Below, in pieces: positions 39,289 to 49,332 of a stretch of DNA of 64,000 bases. A program made the translations under genes and the position numbers. The notes under the pieces are model-generated. The model did not search any database. It saw nothing but the letters and a program-made list of their open reading frames with translations, and was not told the origin of the DNA. Numbering within the stretch: the stretch's first letter is position 1; every line of letters begins with the position of its first letter. The stretch is from contig CAVOXA010000010.1 of assembly GCA_963700285.1 (NCBI GenBank), positions 224,001-288,000 on the forward strand. The letters run 5' to 3'. Origin of the DNA: an uncultured Chloroflexia bacterium. GTDB lineage: Bacteria > Chloroflexota > Anaerolineae > JAAYZQ01.

Positions 39289-39317
39289 ATTATACACCTT
39301 GTGGTCTGAGAGGTCAA
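39289..39317 (-). promoter_or_regulatory. Promoter of the TA operon
   Basis: TTGACC-17-TATAAT; AATC/GATT repeats downstream could be the autoregulatory operator. Confidence 0.75.
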
Positions 39318-39426
39318 GCAGGCATACCCTCACCGCCAAGGCGCAAAGGAGACCAAGAGAATCAGACAGGCATTCTTTGCGTCCTTTGCGACGCGCCTGG
39401 TACGTTGGCGGTTCAAGCTGTTGTGG

Positions 39427-40164
39427 CTAGCCGGCCGGGACGGCTTCCTCTACGACCGCCGGCTGGCGGTAAAGGCTGAAATAGGCGATGAAGCCGATGG
39501 CGACGTAGGCCAAGGTCTTGGGGATCATGAGCATGCCGATGGTAGGCACCTGCTGGACAAAGAGAATGACGGGGATGTACATGGCGTAGGAGACCAGGAT
39601 GCTGATGCCGATCCAGATAAAGGGCCGGTCGCCGGCGCGGCGGGCGTCGCGCAGGATGAGATAGGCGATGCCCAGGCCCAGGATGGTCAGGGGCAGGTTG
39701 CGATAGAGGGACCAGGGCTGGGGCGGCACGGTGTTGTTCCACTGGTTGGCGGCAGGGATCATGATGAGCAGGCGCAGGACGGCGGCGGCCAGGAGCAGGT
39801 ACTCGAAAGGGCCGTACTTTTTGTCAAAGCGGATGCGCCAGACCTCGAGCATGAGTACGTAGAAAACAGTGACCGTGATGGCGGTAGAAAGGGCGCCCAG
39901 GCCGACGAGCCCGAACTCCCGGCCAAAGATGGAGACGGTGGCTTGCAGGTCGCCCTGGGCAAAGGCCAGGACGCGAAAACCGACGTGGCCGGTATCGCCC
40001 AGGGCCAGGAAGGTAAAGGCCCAGCGGATAAGGCGGGCGACGCGCCGGTCGCCGGGGGCGACGGCGGACTCGTGGTGGGCCATGACGATGACGAGACCCC
40101 AGACGACGATGAGATAGACGACGTTGAAGGTAACTTCCATCCACATTCTGGCTGTTTCGGACAT
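39427..40164 (-). CDS. Multi-TM hypothetical membrane protein
   Basis: About seven TMs; LGDTGHVGFR, YRNLP and MIPKT motifs. Confidence 0.8.
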   Translation of the reverse strand: MSETARMWMEVTFNVVYLIVVWGLVIVMAHHESAVAPGDRRVARLIRWAFTFLALGDTGHVGFRVLAFAQGDLQATVSIFGREFGLVGLGALSTAITVTVFYVLMLEVWRIRFDKKYGPFEYLLLAAAVLRLLIMIPAANQWNNTVPPQPWSLYRNLPLTILGLGIAYLILRDARRAGDRPFIWIGISILVSYAMYIPVILFVQQVPTIGMLMIPKTLAYVAIGFIAYFSLYRQPAVVEEAVPAG

Positions 40165-40295
40165 GAATGTTACTCGATTCCTCCTATATCAACAAGCTCA
40201 CCGCAAAGACGCAAAGAAAACCAAAGATGTTTTTTTGTTTTCCTTCGCGTTCACCGACTCCCTTCCAGTCGGCTGCGTCTTTGCGGTTCAAGCTT

Positions 40296-42335
40296 TCACT
40301 TCACATACTTGTCAAACCAGGCGACTATGCGCTCCAAGCGGTCTACCCGGTGCTTGGGCTCGCCGCTGCGGGAAAGCTCGTGGCCTTCGCGGGGATAGCG
40401 CACCAGTTCGACCTCGCGCCCGAGCCGGCGCAGGGCGACAAACAGGCCCTCGGCGGCAGGGATGGGCGCGCGGTAGTCGTTCTCGGAATGGAGGAGCAGG
40501 AGCGGCGTATGCACGTTCTCGACGTAGGCCAAAGGCGAGTACTTCCACATCAGCTCGGGATCCTCCCACGGTGGGCAGCCGAACTCGCGCTCGGCAAAGC
40601 GCGGGATGTCGGTGGTGCTGTAAAAGCTGATGAGGTCATAGACTCCGCGCTGGGAGACCGCGGCCTTGAAGCGGTCGTCGTGGCCCACGATCCAGGCGGT
40701 CATAAAGCCGCCGTAAGAGCCGCCGGTGACGACCAGGCGCTCGGCGTCGACGTAGCCTTTGGCCAGTACCAGCTCCAGGCCGGCCAGCAGGTCGGGCAGA
40801 TCGGCCTCGCCCCAGCGGTTGAGGGCCGCGGCCCGAAAATCGCGGCCATAGCCGTCGGAGCCGCGGGGATTGGAGGCAAAAACGACATAGCCGGCCGCGG
40901 CCAGGACCTGCCACTCATGCCACATGGAGGCTCCGTGGCGGCTCCACATGGCGTGCGGGCCACCATGTATGGACAGGACCAGCGGATATTTCTGCCCCGG
41001 GTCAAAGTCAGGGGGCTTGACGATCCAGCCGTGAATGGGCATACCGTCGGGGCCCTCGAACCAGAGGTCCTCGACATCGCCCAGGGTTCTCCCGGCCAGC
41101 CAGCCGCCGTTGGCCTGGGTCAGGGGACGCTCAGAGCCCTCAAGGTCGGCGACATAGAGGTCGTAGGGCGCGCGGTCGGTACTGGCCACAAAACCCACCT
41201 GGCTGCCATCGGGAGATAGCGCGTAGGCCTCGATCTCGCGCTCGCCGCCAGAGACGGTCTCGATAGAGCCTCCGTCCAGGGACAGGCGGCGCAGGTCGAC
41301 GCGGCCCTTCTCGCCGACCAGGAAATAGATGGATGCACCATCAGGGCTCCAGCAGAGCTCCTGGGCGTGGGCATCCAGTTCAGCCGTGAGCACCCGGGGC
41401 TCGCCGCCCGAGGCGGGGATCAGCTTGATTTCGGCGTTGGCAATGGACCACACGTCGCCGGGCAGGCTGTTGTAGGCGATCCACCGCCCGTCGGGCGAGG
41501 GCCGGGGATTGTGGTCGGCGGTCTCGGGCCCGGTGAGGAACTGGGGCTGACCGCCATCCAGTGGGACACGAACGAGGTCAGGGTAGGAGAAAAAGTCGTC
41601 CTCACCCGGCCGGCGGTCGACGGTAGCCAGCAGGGCGCTGCCATCGGGCAGCCAGTGGGGATCGGCATAGTTGCGCTCGTCCTGGGTCAGGCGCTGGGGC
41701 CGGCCCACCACCTCGCCTGTCTCGACATCCAGGTCCAGGACGTAAAGGTGGGCGGTACGGTCGTCGTAGTAACTGGTGCCGGCGCGGTAGACAAAGCGGT
41801 CGATGACGCGGGGGTCGGTCTTTGCTGCCTCCGCCTTTGCCTTCTCCTCAGCGCGGCGCTTGATCTCGTCGGGATCGGGCGCCGTCTCGGGCTCGTCCGC
41901 GGCCGCGAGTTCCTGCGCCATCTCTGTAGCGTTCAGCCGCGAGGTGAAGGCCAGTCGCTTGCCGTCCGGGGACCATTGCGGCTCGCCAGCACCGTTCTCC
42001 ATGGCCGTCAGGCGGCGGGCCTCGCCGCCATCGGTGGGCATGAGATAGATCTGGGGCTTGGTCTTGTCGTCGCCGCGGTCAGAGACAAAGGCCAGCCAGC
42101 GGCCATCGGGGGACCAGCGCGGGGAGCTGTCGCGCTTGTCACCACTGGTGAAAGGCCGGCCCCGTTTCCCCTCGCCGCGGGCAGGCATGGTCCAGATGGC
42201 GCTCTTGTAGCCGTTGATCTTGCGATCCATCTCGGTACGGACGTAGGCCAGCCACTGGCCGTCGGGGCTGAAACGGGGGTCAGAGAGACTCACGATGTTG
42301 TACAGGTCATCGATGGTAATATGGGTCTGCATCAT
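40296..42335 (-). CDS. S9-family (acylaminoacyl/dipeptidyl) peptidase
   Basis: PD40 propeller repeats, HGGP, GGSYGG, D and EGH catalytic triad. Confidence 0.95.
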   Translation of the reverse strand: MMQTHITIDDLYNIVSLSDPRFSPDGQWLAYVRTEMDRKINGYKSAIWTMPARGEGKRGRPFTSGDKRDSSPRWSPDGRWLAFVSDRGDDKTKPQIYLMPTDGGEARRLTAMENGAGEPQWSPDGKRLAFTSRLNATEMAQELAAADEPETAPDPDEIKRRAEEKAKAEAAKTDPRVIDRFVYRAGTSYYDDRTAHLYVLDLDVETGEVVGRPQRLTQDERNYADPHWLPDGSALLATVDRRPGEDDFFSYPDLVRVPLDGGQPQFLTGPETADHNPRPSPDGRWIAYNSLPGDVWSIANAEIKLIPASGGEPRVLTAELDAHAQELCWSPDGASIYFLVGEKGRVDLRRLSLDGGSIETVSGGEREIEAYALSPDGSQVGFVASTDRAPYDLYVADLEGSERPLTQANGGWLAGRTLGDVEDLWFEGPDGMPIHGWIVKPPDFDPGQKYPLVLSIHGGPHAMWSRHGASMWHEWQVLAAAGYVVFASNPRGSDGYGRDFRAAALNRWGEADLPDLLAGLELVLAKGYVDAERLVVTGGSYGGFMTAWIVGHDDRFKAAVSQRGVYDLISFYSTTDIPRFAEREFGCPPWEDPELMWKYSPLAYVENVHTPLLLLHSENDYRAPIPAAEGLFVALRRLGREVELVRYPREGHELSRSGEPKHRVDRLERIVAWFDKYVK

Positions 42336-42597
42336 TGGGTTTCCTCCGTTGTGTTGTTGGGTTCCAAAAGTTCGTGGCCGTTATTATAACCGTTTAGCGG
42401 GCCGGAGGACAAGTTGGAGAGGGGGGAGTGAAGCGTGGAGAACTGAGGGCCTTCGGCTTCGCTCAGGGCGGGCGGCCCGGGGAGGGCATGGCAAGGCTCG
42501 GGCTGGCCGATAGAGAGATCTGGACAGGGACGAATGGCCGCGCGCGAGGCTTTGGCCCTGGGCGGCGGTGAGTGGATCTCGGGTTGTGTGAGTCAGG

Positions 42598-42855
42598 TTA
42601 CTCCTGGACGCGGTAGACGGTGTCGCCGGCACGCGCGCGGTCGGCAACGAGGATGCCTACCTGCTGTCCGGCAAAGCCCTCGTTGATGAAGCGTTTGTTG
42701 AGTTGCATGGAGGTGACACACTGTTCAAAGTCGGTGGTGGTGCCCAGAAAGTGGACGCGATCGTCCATCTTGAGGGTAGCGGTCAGTTCCACGCCCGCGA
42801 CGCCCAGGCGGGTCCAGTAGTGGATCACGGTACCAATGGGCTGCAATTCGGCCAT
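42598..42855 (-). CDS. Small translation-elongation-factor domain 2-like (U32 C-terminal-like) protein
   Basis: IG.V.HY..LGVA, G.TTDF.Q.V.SMQ, GD.VY pattern. Confidence 0.75.
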   Translation of the reverse strand: MAELQPIGTVIHYWTRLGVAGVELTATLKMDDRVHFLGTTTDFEQCVTSMQLNKRFINEGFAGQQVGILVADRARAGDTVYRVQE

Positions 42856-43072
42856 CGCTACCTCCCTTCGTCACCGGCAGGAATCCTCACGCCTGCGGGC
42901 TTTACATGGCAGCATCCACATATCGCTAGCTTCGATCCAGTGCCAACATTATACCCCAAAGCCGGCCAGGCTGCAAGGGCCGTCCCCGGCGCTGCTAGGG
43001 CTGCTGCAAAGTCGTCATCGCGAGTGCTCCATGGCACAGGGCGCCACTCTAATAGGAATGACACCTGACCTC

Positions 43073-43305
43073 GTCATTGCGAGCGGAGGCGCTTTTTGCC
43101 GGAGCGAAAGCAATCCCCAACTACACAAGTGGAGACTGTCACCGCGAGGCCTCGTGGCGGTGCCTCGGCCCAAACGGCGGGCCTCGCAGTGACAGGATCG
43201 GTGTCATTAGTAGCGTCAGCGCCTGTACCGAGCCTGCCGAGGGAAAGCGATCTCCACTTGTGCCCTGGGGATTGCCACGGCGCAAACAGCGCGCCTCGCA
43301 ATGAC
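43073..43305. repeat. Nested long palindromic REP/MITE-like element
   Basis: GTCATTGCGAG/CTCGCAATGAC ends, internal GCAATCCCCA/TGGGGATTGC and CACAAGTGGAGA/TCTCCACTTGTG pairs, and an inner related element at 43136-43195. Confidence 0.85.
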
Positions 43306-43564
43306 AGTCCTGGCAGGCAGTGCATGTCAAGAGATAACGCAACAGCCCTGCCGGTGCTGCCACGGAGGATGCTGAGAAAAGCGTAACATCTGTCTCACCC
43401 TGTGTTCTCCGTCCCGGTGGTAGAGAACCGTGGTAAGAAGCGAGGGCGCCGTCCCGGCGCTGATTTCGGTTGAGGTCCAAATGATGGTATACTGGGAGCG
43501 GCCTGGATGAACCGCGCCGGTCTTTGGGCGGTTGGCGTGCAGGATCAGGTGACAAGGAGCCAAC

Positions 43565-44503
43565 ATGGATATACGAGCGAGCGTGCAAAAGATCACCGAA
43601 AACGTGATGCAGGTGATCGTGGGCAAGGAAGACGTCATCGAGCTATGCCTGGTGGCGCTGCTGTGCGAAGGACACATCTTGCTGGAGGACGTTCCGGGCA
43701 TCGGGAAAACGACGCTGGCCAAGGCCATTGCCCGCAGCCTGGGCTGCAGCTTTAGGCGGATCCAGTTCACACCCGACCTGTTGCCTGGCGACGTGACGGG
43801 CATTCTCTATTTCAATCAGAAGGAACAGGAGTTCGAGTTCCGGCCAGGGCCTATCATGGCCCAGGTGGTGCTGGCCGACGAGATCAACCGGGCCACTCCC
43901 CGGACCCAGAGTTCCCTGCTAGAGGCCATGCAGGAACAGCAGGTGACAGTAGACGTGGAAACGATGAGACTGCCCCGCCCCTTCCTGGTACTGGCCACTC
44001 AGAACCCCATCGAGCTGGAGGGAACCTTTCCCCTGCCGGAGGCACAGGTGGACCGGTTCTTGCTCCGGATCGCCCTGGGCTACCCCAACGAGGAAGATGA
44101 AAACGAGATCCTGCTGCGCTATGAGCGGCAGGACCCACTGGAGGCGCTGGAGCCGGTGCTCCAGGCGGAAGAGCTACTGGCCATGCAGCAATACATACGG
44201 ACCGTGCGGGTCGAAGATTCGGTGCGGGAGTATATCGTCAAGGTAGTTCGGGCTACGCGGGAGCACGACGGGGTGGAGCTGGGCGTGAGTCCGCGGGGTA
44301 CGATGGCCCTGTACAGGACGTCGCAGGCGCTGGCCGCTATCCGGGGCCGCGAGTTTGTGATCCCCGACGACGTCAAGCAATTGGCACCAGCGGTCCTGAC
44401 CCACCGCATCATCATCAGTCCCCAGACGCGCCTCAGGGGCCGGCGGCCGGAGGAGGTCGTGATGGAGGTCGTCAATACGGTACCGGTGCCGGTGGAGGAC
44501 TGA
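43565..44503 (+). CDS. moxR: MoxR-family AAA+ ATPase
   Basis: EDVPGIGKT, RIQFTPDLLP, DEINRA, ATQNPIE, LPEAQ motifs. Confidence 0.95.
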   Translation: MDIRASVQKITENVMQVIVGKEDVIELCLVALLCEGHILLEDVPGIGKTTLAKAIARSLGCSFRRIQFTPDLLPGDVTGILYFNQKEQEFEFRPGPIMAQVVLADEINRATPRTQSSLLEAMQEQQVTVDVETMRLPRPFLVLATQNPIELEGTFPLPEAQVDRFLLRIALGYPNEEDENEILLRYERQDPLEALEPVLQAEELLAMQQYIRTVRVEDSVREYIVKVVRATREHDGVELGVSPRGTMALYRTSQALAAIRGREFVIPDDVKQLAPAVLTHRIIISPQTRLRGRRPEEVVMEVVNTVPVPVED

Positions 44504-44538
44504 GAATCGACTCAAAGGGGATTCTCAGATATCAGCAG

Positions 44539-44886
44539 TCACTCAAAATGCTCCAGAAAAGCCAGTACCTCCTGGAGCACCTGTTCCTGGGTCAGCCCAT
44601 CGGTAGGCAGGTAGAGATCGCAGTGGGCGCGAGCGTGGCGCAGCCGATGATGTTCCTCGTCCAGGTAGTCCTGGTCCCAGCCAACGCCCGACCGGCCTCG
44701 CTTCCAGGCCTCGGCCAGGGTGACATCCAGGTAGACGAGCACGTCTGGCGGGTTGAGCCGCTGCCACATGTCGGGCACGTAGGAATGGTCCTGAGCAGCC
44801 GAGTGGGCATCGCAGCCCACGGCCCGCAGCTTGGCTACCAGCACGCTCTTGCCGGAAGCGCAAGGCCCCACCACTTTGATACGCAT
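44539..44886 (-). CDS. Small P-loop kinase-like hypothetical protein
   Basis: VGPCASGKS, HSYVPDMWQ. Confidence 0.75.
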   Translation of the reverse strand: MRIKVVGPCASGKSVLVAKLRAVGCDAHSAAQDHSYVPDMWQRLNPPDVLVYLDVTLAEAWKRGRSGVGWDQDYLDEEHHRLRHARAHCDLYLPTDGLTQEQVLQEVLAFLEHFE

Positions 44887-44998
44887 GGTCCCCCAACCTG
44901 CGAATTGACTCAAGCAGGCCTGCCGGCCTGTTGAGTTTTGGTCCGCGGGCGCCCCTTCCGTTCAGGTGGGCCGCAGGTCCAAGTCCATGGCTGCCAGC

Positions 44999-45733
44999 TC
45001 AGATAGGCAAGCGCACCGACAGGCGACGCACATCGTCGGGCTGCCGGCGGGCCACAACCGAAACGACGACGACCGTCACGTCGTCCCCGGGACGGCCGCG
45101 ATCCAGCTCGACGGCGCGGGCCAGCAACGCGTCGGCCAGAGAGCGGGCATGGCCGACGGCGGGGCGGCCCTGCAACTGGCAGCGTACGAAATCTACCACG
45201 TCGAGGCGTTCCATGTAGCGGATTCCGGCCGACAGCACGCCATCGGTAAACACGACGACGTCCAGATCGGGCACGATGGGCAGTTCGTCAATGACGGGCC
45301 GGGTCCGGGCATGGATGCCGATGGCCTTGCTGGGCTCGTCCAGCACGCGCACCTCGCCCTCCGCGCCATGGGCGAGCAGTACCGGGCAGTGGCTGTTGCG
45401 CGAGACGACGATAGTTCGGGTCACCAGGTCCAGGGAGAGGATGTTGAGGGTGGCCGATACCTGCCCACCGCGCAGCGTGCGCAAATAGTCGTGCGCGGCG
45501 CGGGCTGCGGCTCCATCTCGAACCCCGTCAGCCAGAAGGGACACTGCTTTTCGCGCGACGATGTTGCTGATGGCCTTGGCGGATTTGCCGCTGCGCTGGC
45601 CGTCAACGACAACCAGCGACAGACCGCCGTGGGGCCGCTCGATCAGTTCCACACTGTCGCCGCTCTCGCTGACGGCGTATTTGCTGACCTTGGCCACGGC
45701 CACTTCAACCTCGAGTTTGGGGACAAGATCCAT
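44999..45733 (-). CDS. SpoIIE/PP2C-family Ser/Thr phosphatase
   Basis: ESGD, VVDGQ, FTDGV, GDDVT motifs. Confidence 0.85.
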   Translation of the reverse strand: MDLVPKLEVEVAVAKVSKYAVSESGDSVELIERPHGGLSLVVVDGQRSGKSAKAISNIVARKAVSLLADGVRDGAAARAAHDYLRTLRGGQVSATLNILSLDLVTRTIVVSRNSHCPVLLAHGAEGEVRVLDEPSKAIGIHARTRPVIDELPIVPDLDVVVFTDGVLSAGIRYMERLDVVDFVRCQLQGRPAVGHARSLADALLARAVELDRGRPGDDVTVVVVSVVARRQPDDVRRLSVRLPI

Positions 45734-45991
45734 GGCTGCCGGCACGTCTCCTGTTCTCGAATGGTAGAAAACTCGCTGAGATGCCGCCATTATACCGTAT
45801 CTGGGTCCAGGAAGCAAGCGCCGGTTGGGAGGGGCGGCGTGACGCCTGGACCGGCAGGTAGAGACGCCGCAGATGTGTCATTCCAGCGAAGGCGGGAATC
45901 CACTCCCGGCGAGCCACAGCATCCCTGAGATAGGGATTCGGACCGGTACAGTACTGTCTCCAGCCATCTGCCATGGCCCCGTCAATGCTTG

Positions 45992-46142
45992 AGGGTTGTT
46001 GCAGAGTACCTTGACCGGGCGATCCTCCCGCAGGATTGCGCTGACTGCTGCCCTGCTACTGGGTGATTCTGCTAGGATCTGGTGGTGCACTACATGCCAG
46101 AATCCTGCGGGAGGATGCCGAGCGCGACTGTGCAACAACCCT
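45992..46142. mobile_element. 151-bp MITE-like element with 16-bp terminal inverted repeats
   Basis: AGGGTTGTTGCAGAGT...ACTGTGCAACAACCCT (1 mismatch); internal CCTCCCGCAGG inverted repeat; second copy at 10338. Confidence 0.75.
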
Positions 46143-46332
46143 GGTCGATGCTAGCAGGAGGATTGCTGACCTATCCGGGCCGTGGTATAATGGCTAGCTA
46201 TTCGGCGGTTTGAGCGATAGTTCTTGGCGCTCCAGGAGCGCGCTGAAAACGCGCATGATGAACCTGGCCCTGCGCCATGAGGCCTGTATGCGACCGAGCA
46301 GGGTACACGGTCTGGAAAAGGAATTGTAGGGT

Positions 46333-47586
46333 ATGGATCGGAAACGATGGATCCTCATTGCAGTTGCACTTGTAGCGGCTTGCCTGTGCGTCGCCGTCGT
46401 GGCAGGTGTGTTACTGGTGCAGAACGTTCCTGGCGCTGCCCGGTTGGTCCATGGGGACCCGGCCAGCCCGACGGCGGGGCCCACGATGCGAGCGACCTTT
46501 ACCCCACTGGTCCCCATCGCGACCTTGACCCTACCCGCTCTGCCAACGCCCACGGTCACGCCCAGTTCGACGCCAAGCGCAATGCCAAGCCCTACCGCGC
46601 TTCCCGGTGATACCGCAACCAGCGCCCCCCCGGCCGAGGCAGCCACGGAGGCGCCCTCCGCCACGCCCACCCTGGGACCACCAACCGCTACCCCTGTACC
46701 GGCGACGGTGCCGCCCACAGCGCCGCCCACGGCCGCGCCGCGGACGCAGTGGATCACTTTTGAGACCGAGCGGGGGGAATTGGGCGACTATGAAGTGTTC
46801 GTCATGGCGACCGACGGCTCGCGCGTGAGCAACTTGAGCCATTCCTGGGCCGACGATGTCGCCCCGGTCTGGTCGCCAGATGGCCGGCGCATTGCCTTCG
46901 TCTCCTTCCGGGATACCTTGGCCGGACGGTGGGACATGGGGCCTGGCTCGATCTGCGTGATGGATTTTGATCCTGTTTCCGGTGTGGGCGGGGGCAATGT
47001 GCGATGCCTGACGGACAAGGAGGGCAAGGATGGATGGCCAACCTGGTCGCCGGACGGGGGGCGCATCGCCTTTGAGAGCGACCGCAGCGGCAATTGGGAC
47101 ATCTGGGTGATGAACGCCGACGGCTCCGGGCTGGCCAATCTGAGCCGCAGCCCCGAGGACGAAGTGTACCCCGCCTGGTCACCCGACGGCAAAAAGATCG
47201 CCTTCACGTCCAAGCGGAGTGGGAACCTGGACGTCTGGGTGATGAACAGCGACGGCACCGGGCCGGTGAACCTGAGCAAGAACCCCAAACGGGACCGATA
47301 TGCGATGTGGTCGCCCGACGGCACCAAGATCGCGTTCAATACGGCGCGGGATGGGGATCAGGAGATCTATGTCATGAACGCCGACGGGTCGAACCAGACC
47401 AACGTCTCGCGCGCTCCCAAGAGCGTCGAAGGTCTGGCCGACTGGTCACCAGATGGCAAGCGCATGGTACTCTATAGCGACCGTTCCGGCAACAAGGAGA
47501 TCTTTGTCGTAGATCTGGCTTCCAACCAGTGGACCAACATCACCAACAATCCCGCCAGTGACGAGTTCTGCACCTGGTCGCCCTGA
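46333..47586 (+). CDS. TolB-like beta-propeller protein with a Pro/Thr-rich linker
   Basis: TM/signal, PT-rich stalk, repeated WSPDG..IAF motifs. Confidence 0.9.
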   Translation: MDRKRWILIAVALVAACLCVAVVAGVLLVQNVPGAARLVHGDPASPTAGPTMRATFTPLVPIATLTLPALPTPTVTPSSTPSAMPSPTALPGDTATSAPPAEAATEAPSATPTLGPPTATPVPATVPPTAPPTAAPRTQWITFETERGELGDYEVFVMATDGSRVSNLSHSWADDVAPVWSPDGRRIAFVSFRDTLAGRWDMGPGSICVMDFDPVSGVGGGNVRCLTDKEGKDGWPTWSPDGGRIAFESDRSGNWDIWVMNADGSGLANLSRSPEDEVYPAWSPDGKKIAFTSKRSGNLDVWVMNSDGTGPVNLSKNPKRDRYAMWSPDGTKIAFNTARDGDQEIYVMNADGSNQTNVSRAPKSVEGLADWSPDGKRMVLYSDRSGNKEIFVVDLASNQWTNITNNPASDEFCTWSP

Positions 47587-47640
47587 GGGAGAGTCTCTCT
47601 CGTACCCTTCCCGGCAAGCAGGGCCCCGCATGACGAGCGG

Positions 47641-48780
47641 CTAGCCGCTGCCGGCCAGCAGGGCGAGAACCACGCCGCCGGCCATGACCGAACCGATCTG
47701 GCCCGCCGTGTTGGCCCCCATGGCGTGCATCAGCAGAAAATTGGAAGGGTCTTCCTCCAGCGCGACGCGGTGCACCACACGGGCCGACATGGGGAAGGCG
47801 CTGATGCCTGCGGCGCCAATGAGGGGGTTGAACTTGTTGCCGCTAAAGATGCGCATGAGCTGGCCAAAGAGCACACCTCCAGCCGTGTCCAGAACAAAGG
47901 CCACGACGCCCATGGCCAGGATGCCAATCGTCCTCCAGTTGAGGAATTGCTCGGCCGTCATCGTAGCGCCGATGGCCAATCCGAGAAAGATGGTGACCAC
48001 GTTGGCCAGCTCGTTCTGGGCAGCCTTGCTGAGGCGCTCGACGACCAGCGCCTCACGCAGCAGATTGCCAAACATCAACATGCCGATGAGGGGCACGGCC
48101 AGGGGTACAAGCGCCCCGGCTATCAGGGTCACAACGATGGGAAAGAGGACGCGCGTCAGCCTGGACACCGGCTGTGAAGTGTAGGGCATCCGGATGCGTC
48201 GCTGTTCTTTGGTGGTCAGCGCGCGCATGACGGGTGGCTGGATGACAGGCACCAGCGACATGTAGGAATAGGCCGCCACGGCGATGGGGCCCAACAAGTG
48301 GGGCGCCAGTTTTCCGGCCACATAGATGCTGGTCGGGCCATCGGCCGAGCCGATAATTCCAATGGAAGCTGCTTCGTTTATGTCAAATCCAAGGAGCGTG
48401 GCCAGCAGCAAAGTGCCAAAGATGCCGAACTGGCCGGCGGCGCCCAGAAAGGCCATCTTTGGATTCTCTAGCAAGGGCCCAAAATCGGTCATGGCTCCCA
48501 CGCCGACAAAGATCAGCAGGGGGAACAGCTCGGTGAGGATCCCTGCCCTGTAGAGGATGTCGAGAAGGCCGTCGTGCTCGCCAATGCCCATGCCGGTCAG
48601 CGGGATGTTGGCCAGGATGCAGGAGAATCCGATGGGCAGCAACAACACCGGCTCGTATTCTTTGGCAATGGCCAGGTAAATCAACACCCCGCCCACAGCC
48701 ATCATTACCAGGCGGCCCGGCTCGCTGAACAGTGTGCCCAGCCCTGCGGTCAGCACATCAAAAACGGTCGCCCAATCCAT
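47641..48780 (-). CDS. oadB: Na+-translocating decarboxylase beta subunit
   Basis: EPVLLLPIGF, GIIGSADGPT, AYSYMSLVP, GQIGS motifs. Confidence 0.92.
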   Translation of the reverse strand: MDWATVFDVLTAGLGTLFSEPGRLVMMAVGGVLIYLAIAKEYEPVLLLPIGFSCILANIPLTGMGIGEHDGLLDILYRAGILTELFPLLIFVGVGAMTDFGPLLENPKMAFLGAAGQFGIFGTLLLATLLGFDINEAASIGIIGSADGPTSIYVAGKLAPHLLGPIAVAAYSYMSLVPVIQPPVMRALTTKEQRRIRMPYTSQPVSRLTRVLFPIVVTLIAGALVPLAVPLIGMLMFGNLLREALVVERLSKAAQNELANVVTIFLGLAIGATMTAEQFLNWRTIGILAMGVVAFVLDTAGGVLFGQLMRIFSGNKFNPLIGAAGISAFPMSARVVHRVALEEDPSNFLLMHAMGANTAGQIGSVMAGGVVLALLAGSG

Positions 48781-48792
48781 GGACCTGGCCTC

Positions 48793-49227
48793 CTATTCCA
48801 CAACAAACAAGAGGTCGCCATAGTCGACGGTCTGCCCGTCGTGGACCTGGACCTGGCGTACGATGCCGGCATGGAGGGAGCGAATGGGACTCTTCATCTT
48901 CATCGCTTCCAGAGCACAAAGGACCTGGCCCGGCTGCACCTGGTCGCCGATCTGGACGGCGATGTCGAGGATCGTGCCAGGCATTGGGGCCGTCACCTGG
49001 AATGATCCGGCCTCGGCACTGGAGACCGAAGCCTGGTCAGAAAGGGCTGAAGGGACGCTGGCCTCTTCTACCGCTTGCAGGTCGACGCTGAAAGCCTCTC
49101 CATCGACAATGACCGTCAAGGGCGATTCCTTGGGGTCACCCACCTCTACGTTGTAGGACTTGGCGCCAATAGCGACGCGAAACCTTCTCACAGAGTTGTT
49201 CTCCCTTCCTCCAGATTGCTGGTCCAT
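48793..49227 (-). CDS. Biotin carboxyl carrier protein
   Basis: APMPG and LEAMKM motifs; start uncertain. Confidence 0.9.
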   Translation of the reverse strand: MDQQSGGRENNSVRRFRVAIGAKSYNVEVGDPKESPLTVIVDGEAFSVDLQAVEEASVPSALSDQASVSSAEAGSFQVTAPMPGTILDIAVQIGDQVQPGQVLCALEAMKMKSPIRSLHAGIVRQVQVHDGQTVDYGDLLFVVE

Positions 49228-49332
49228 CGCTGGGTCATGGTCAGGCGCCGTGGGCCCAGGGACATCTGTCCATTGCTGTGCGAGCTACTCACGGCCCCGG
49301 TTGAGGCACTTTCACCAAGTGCGGGGCGTCTT

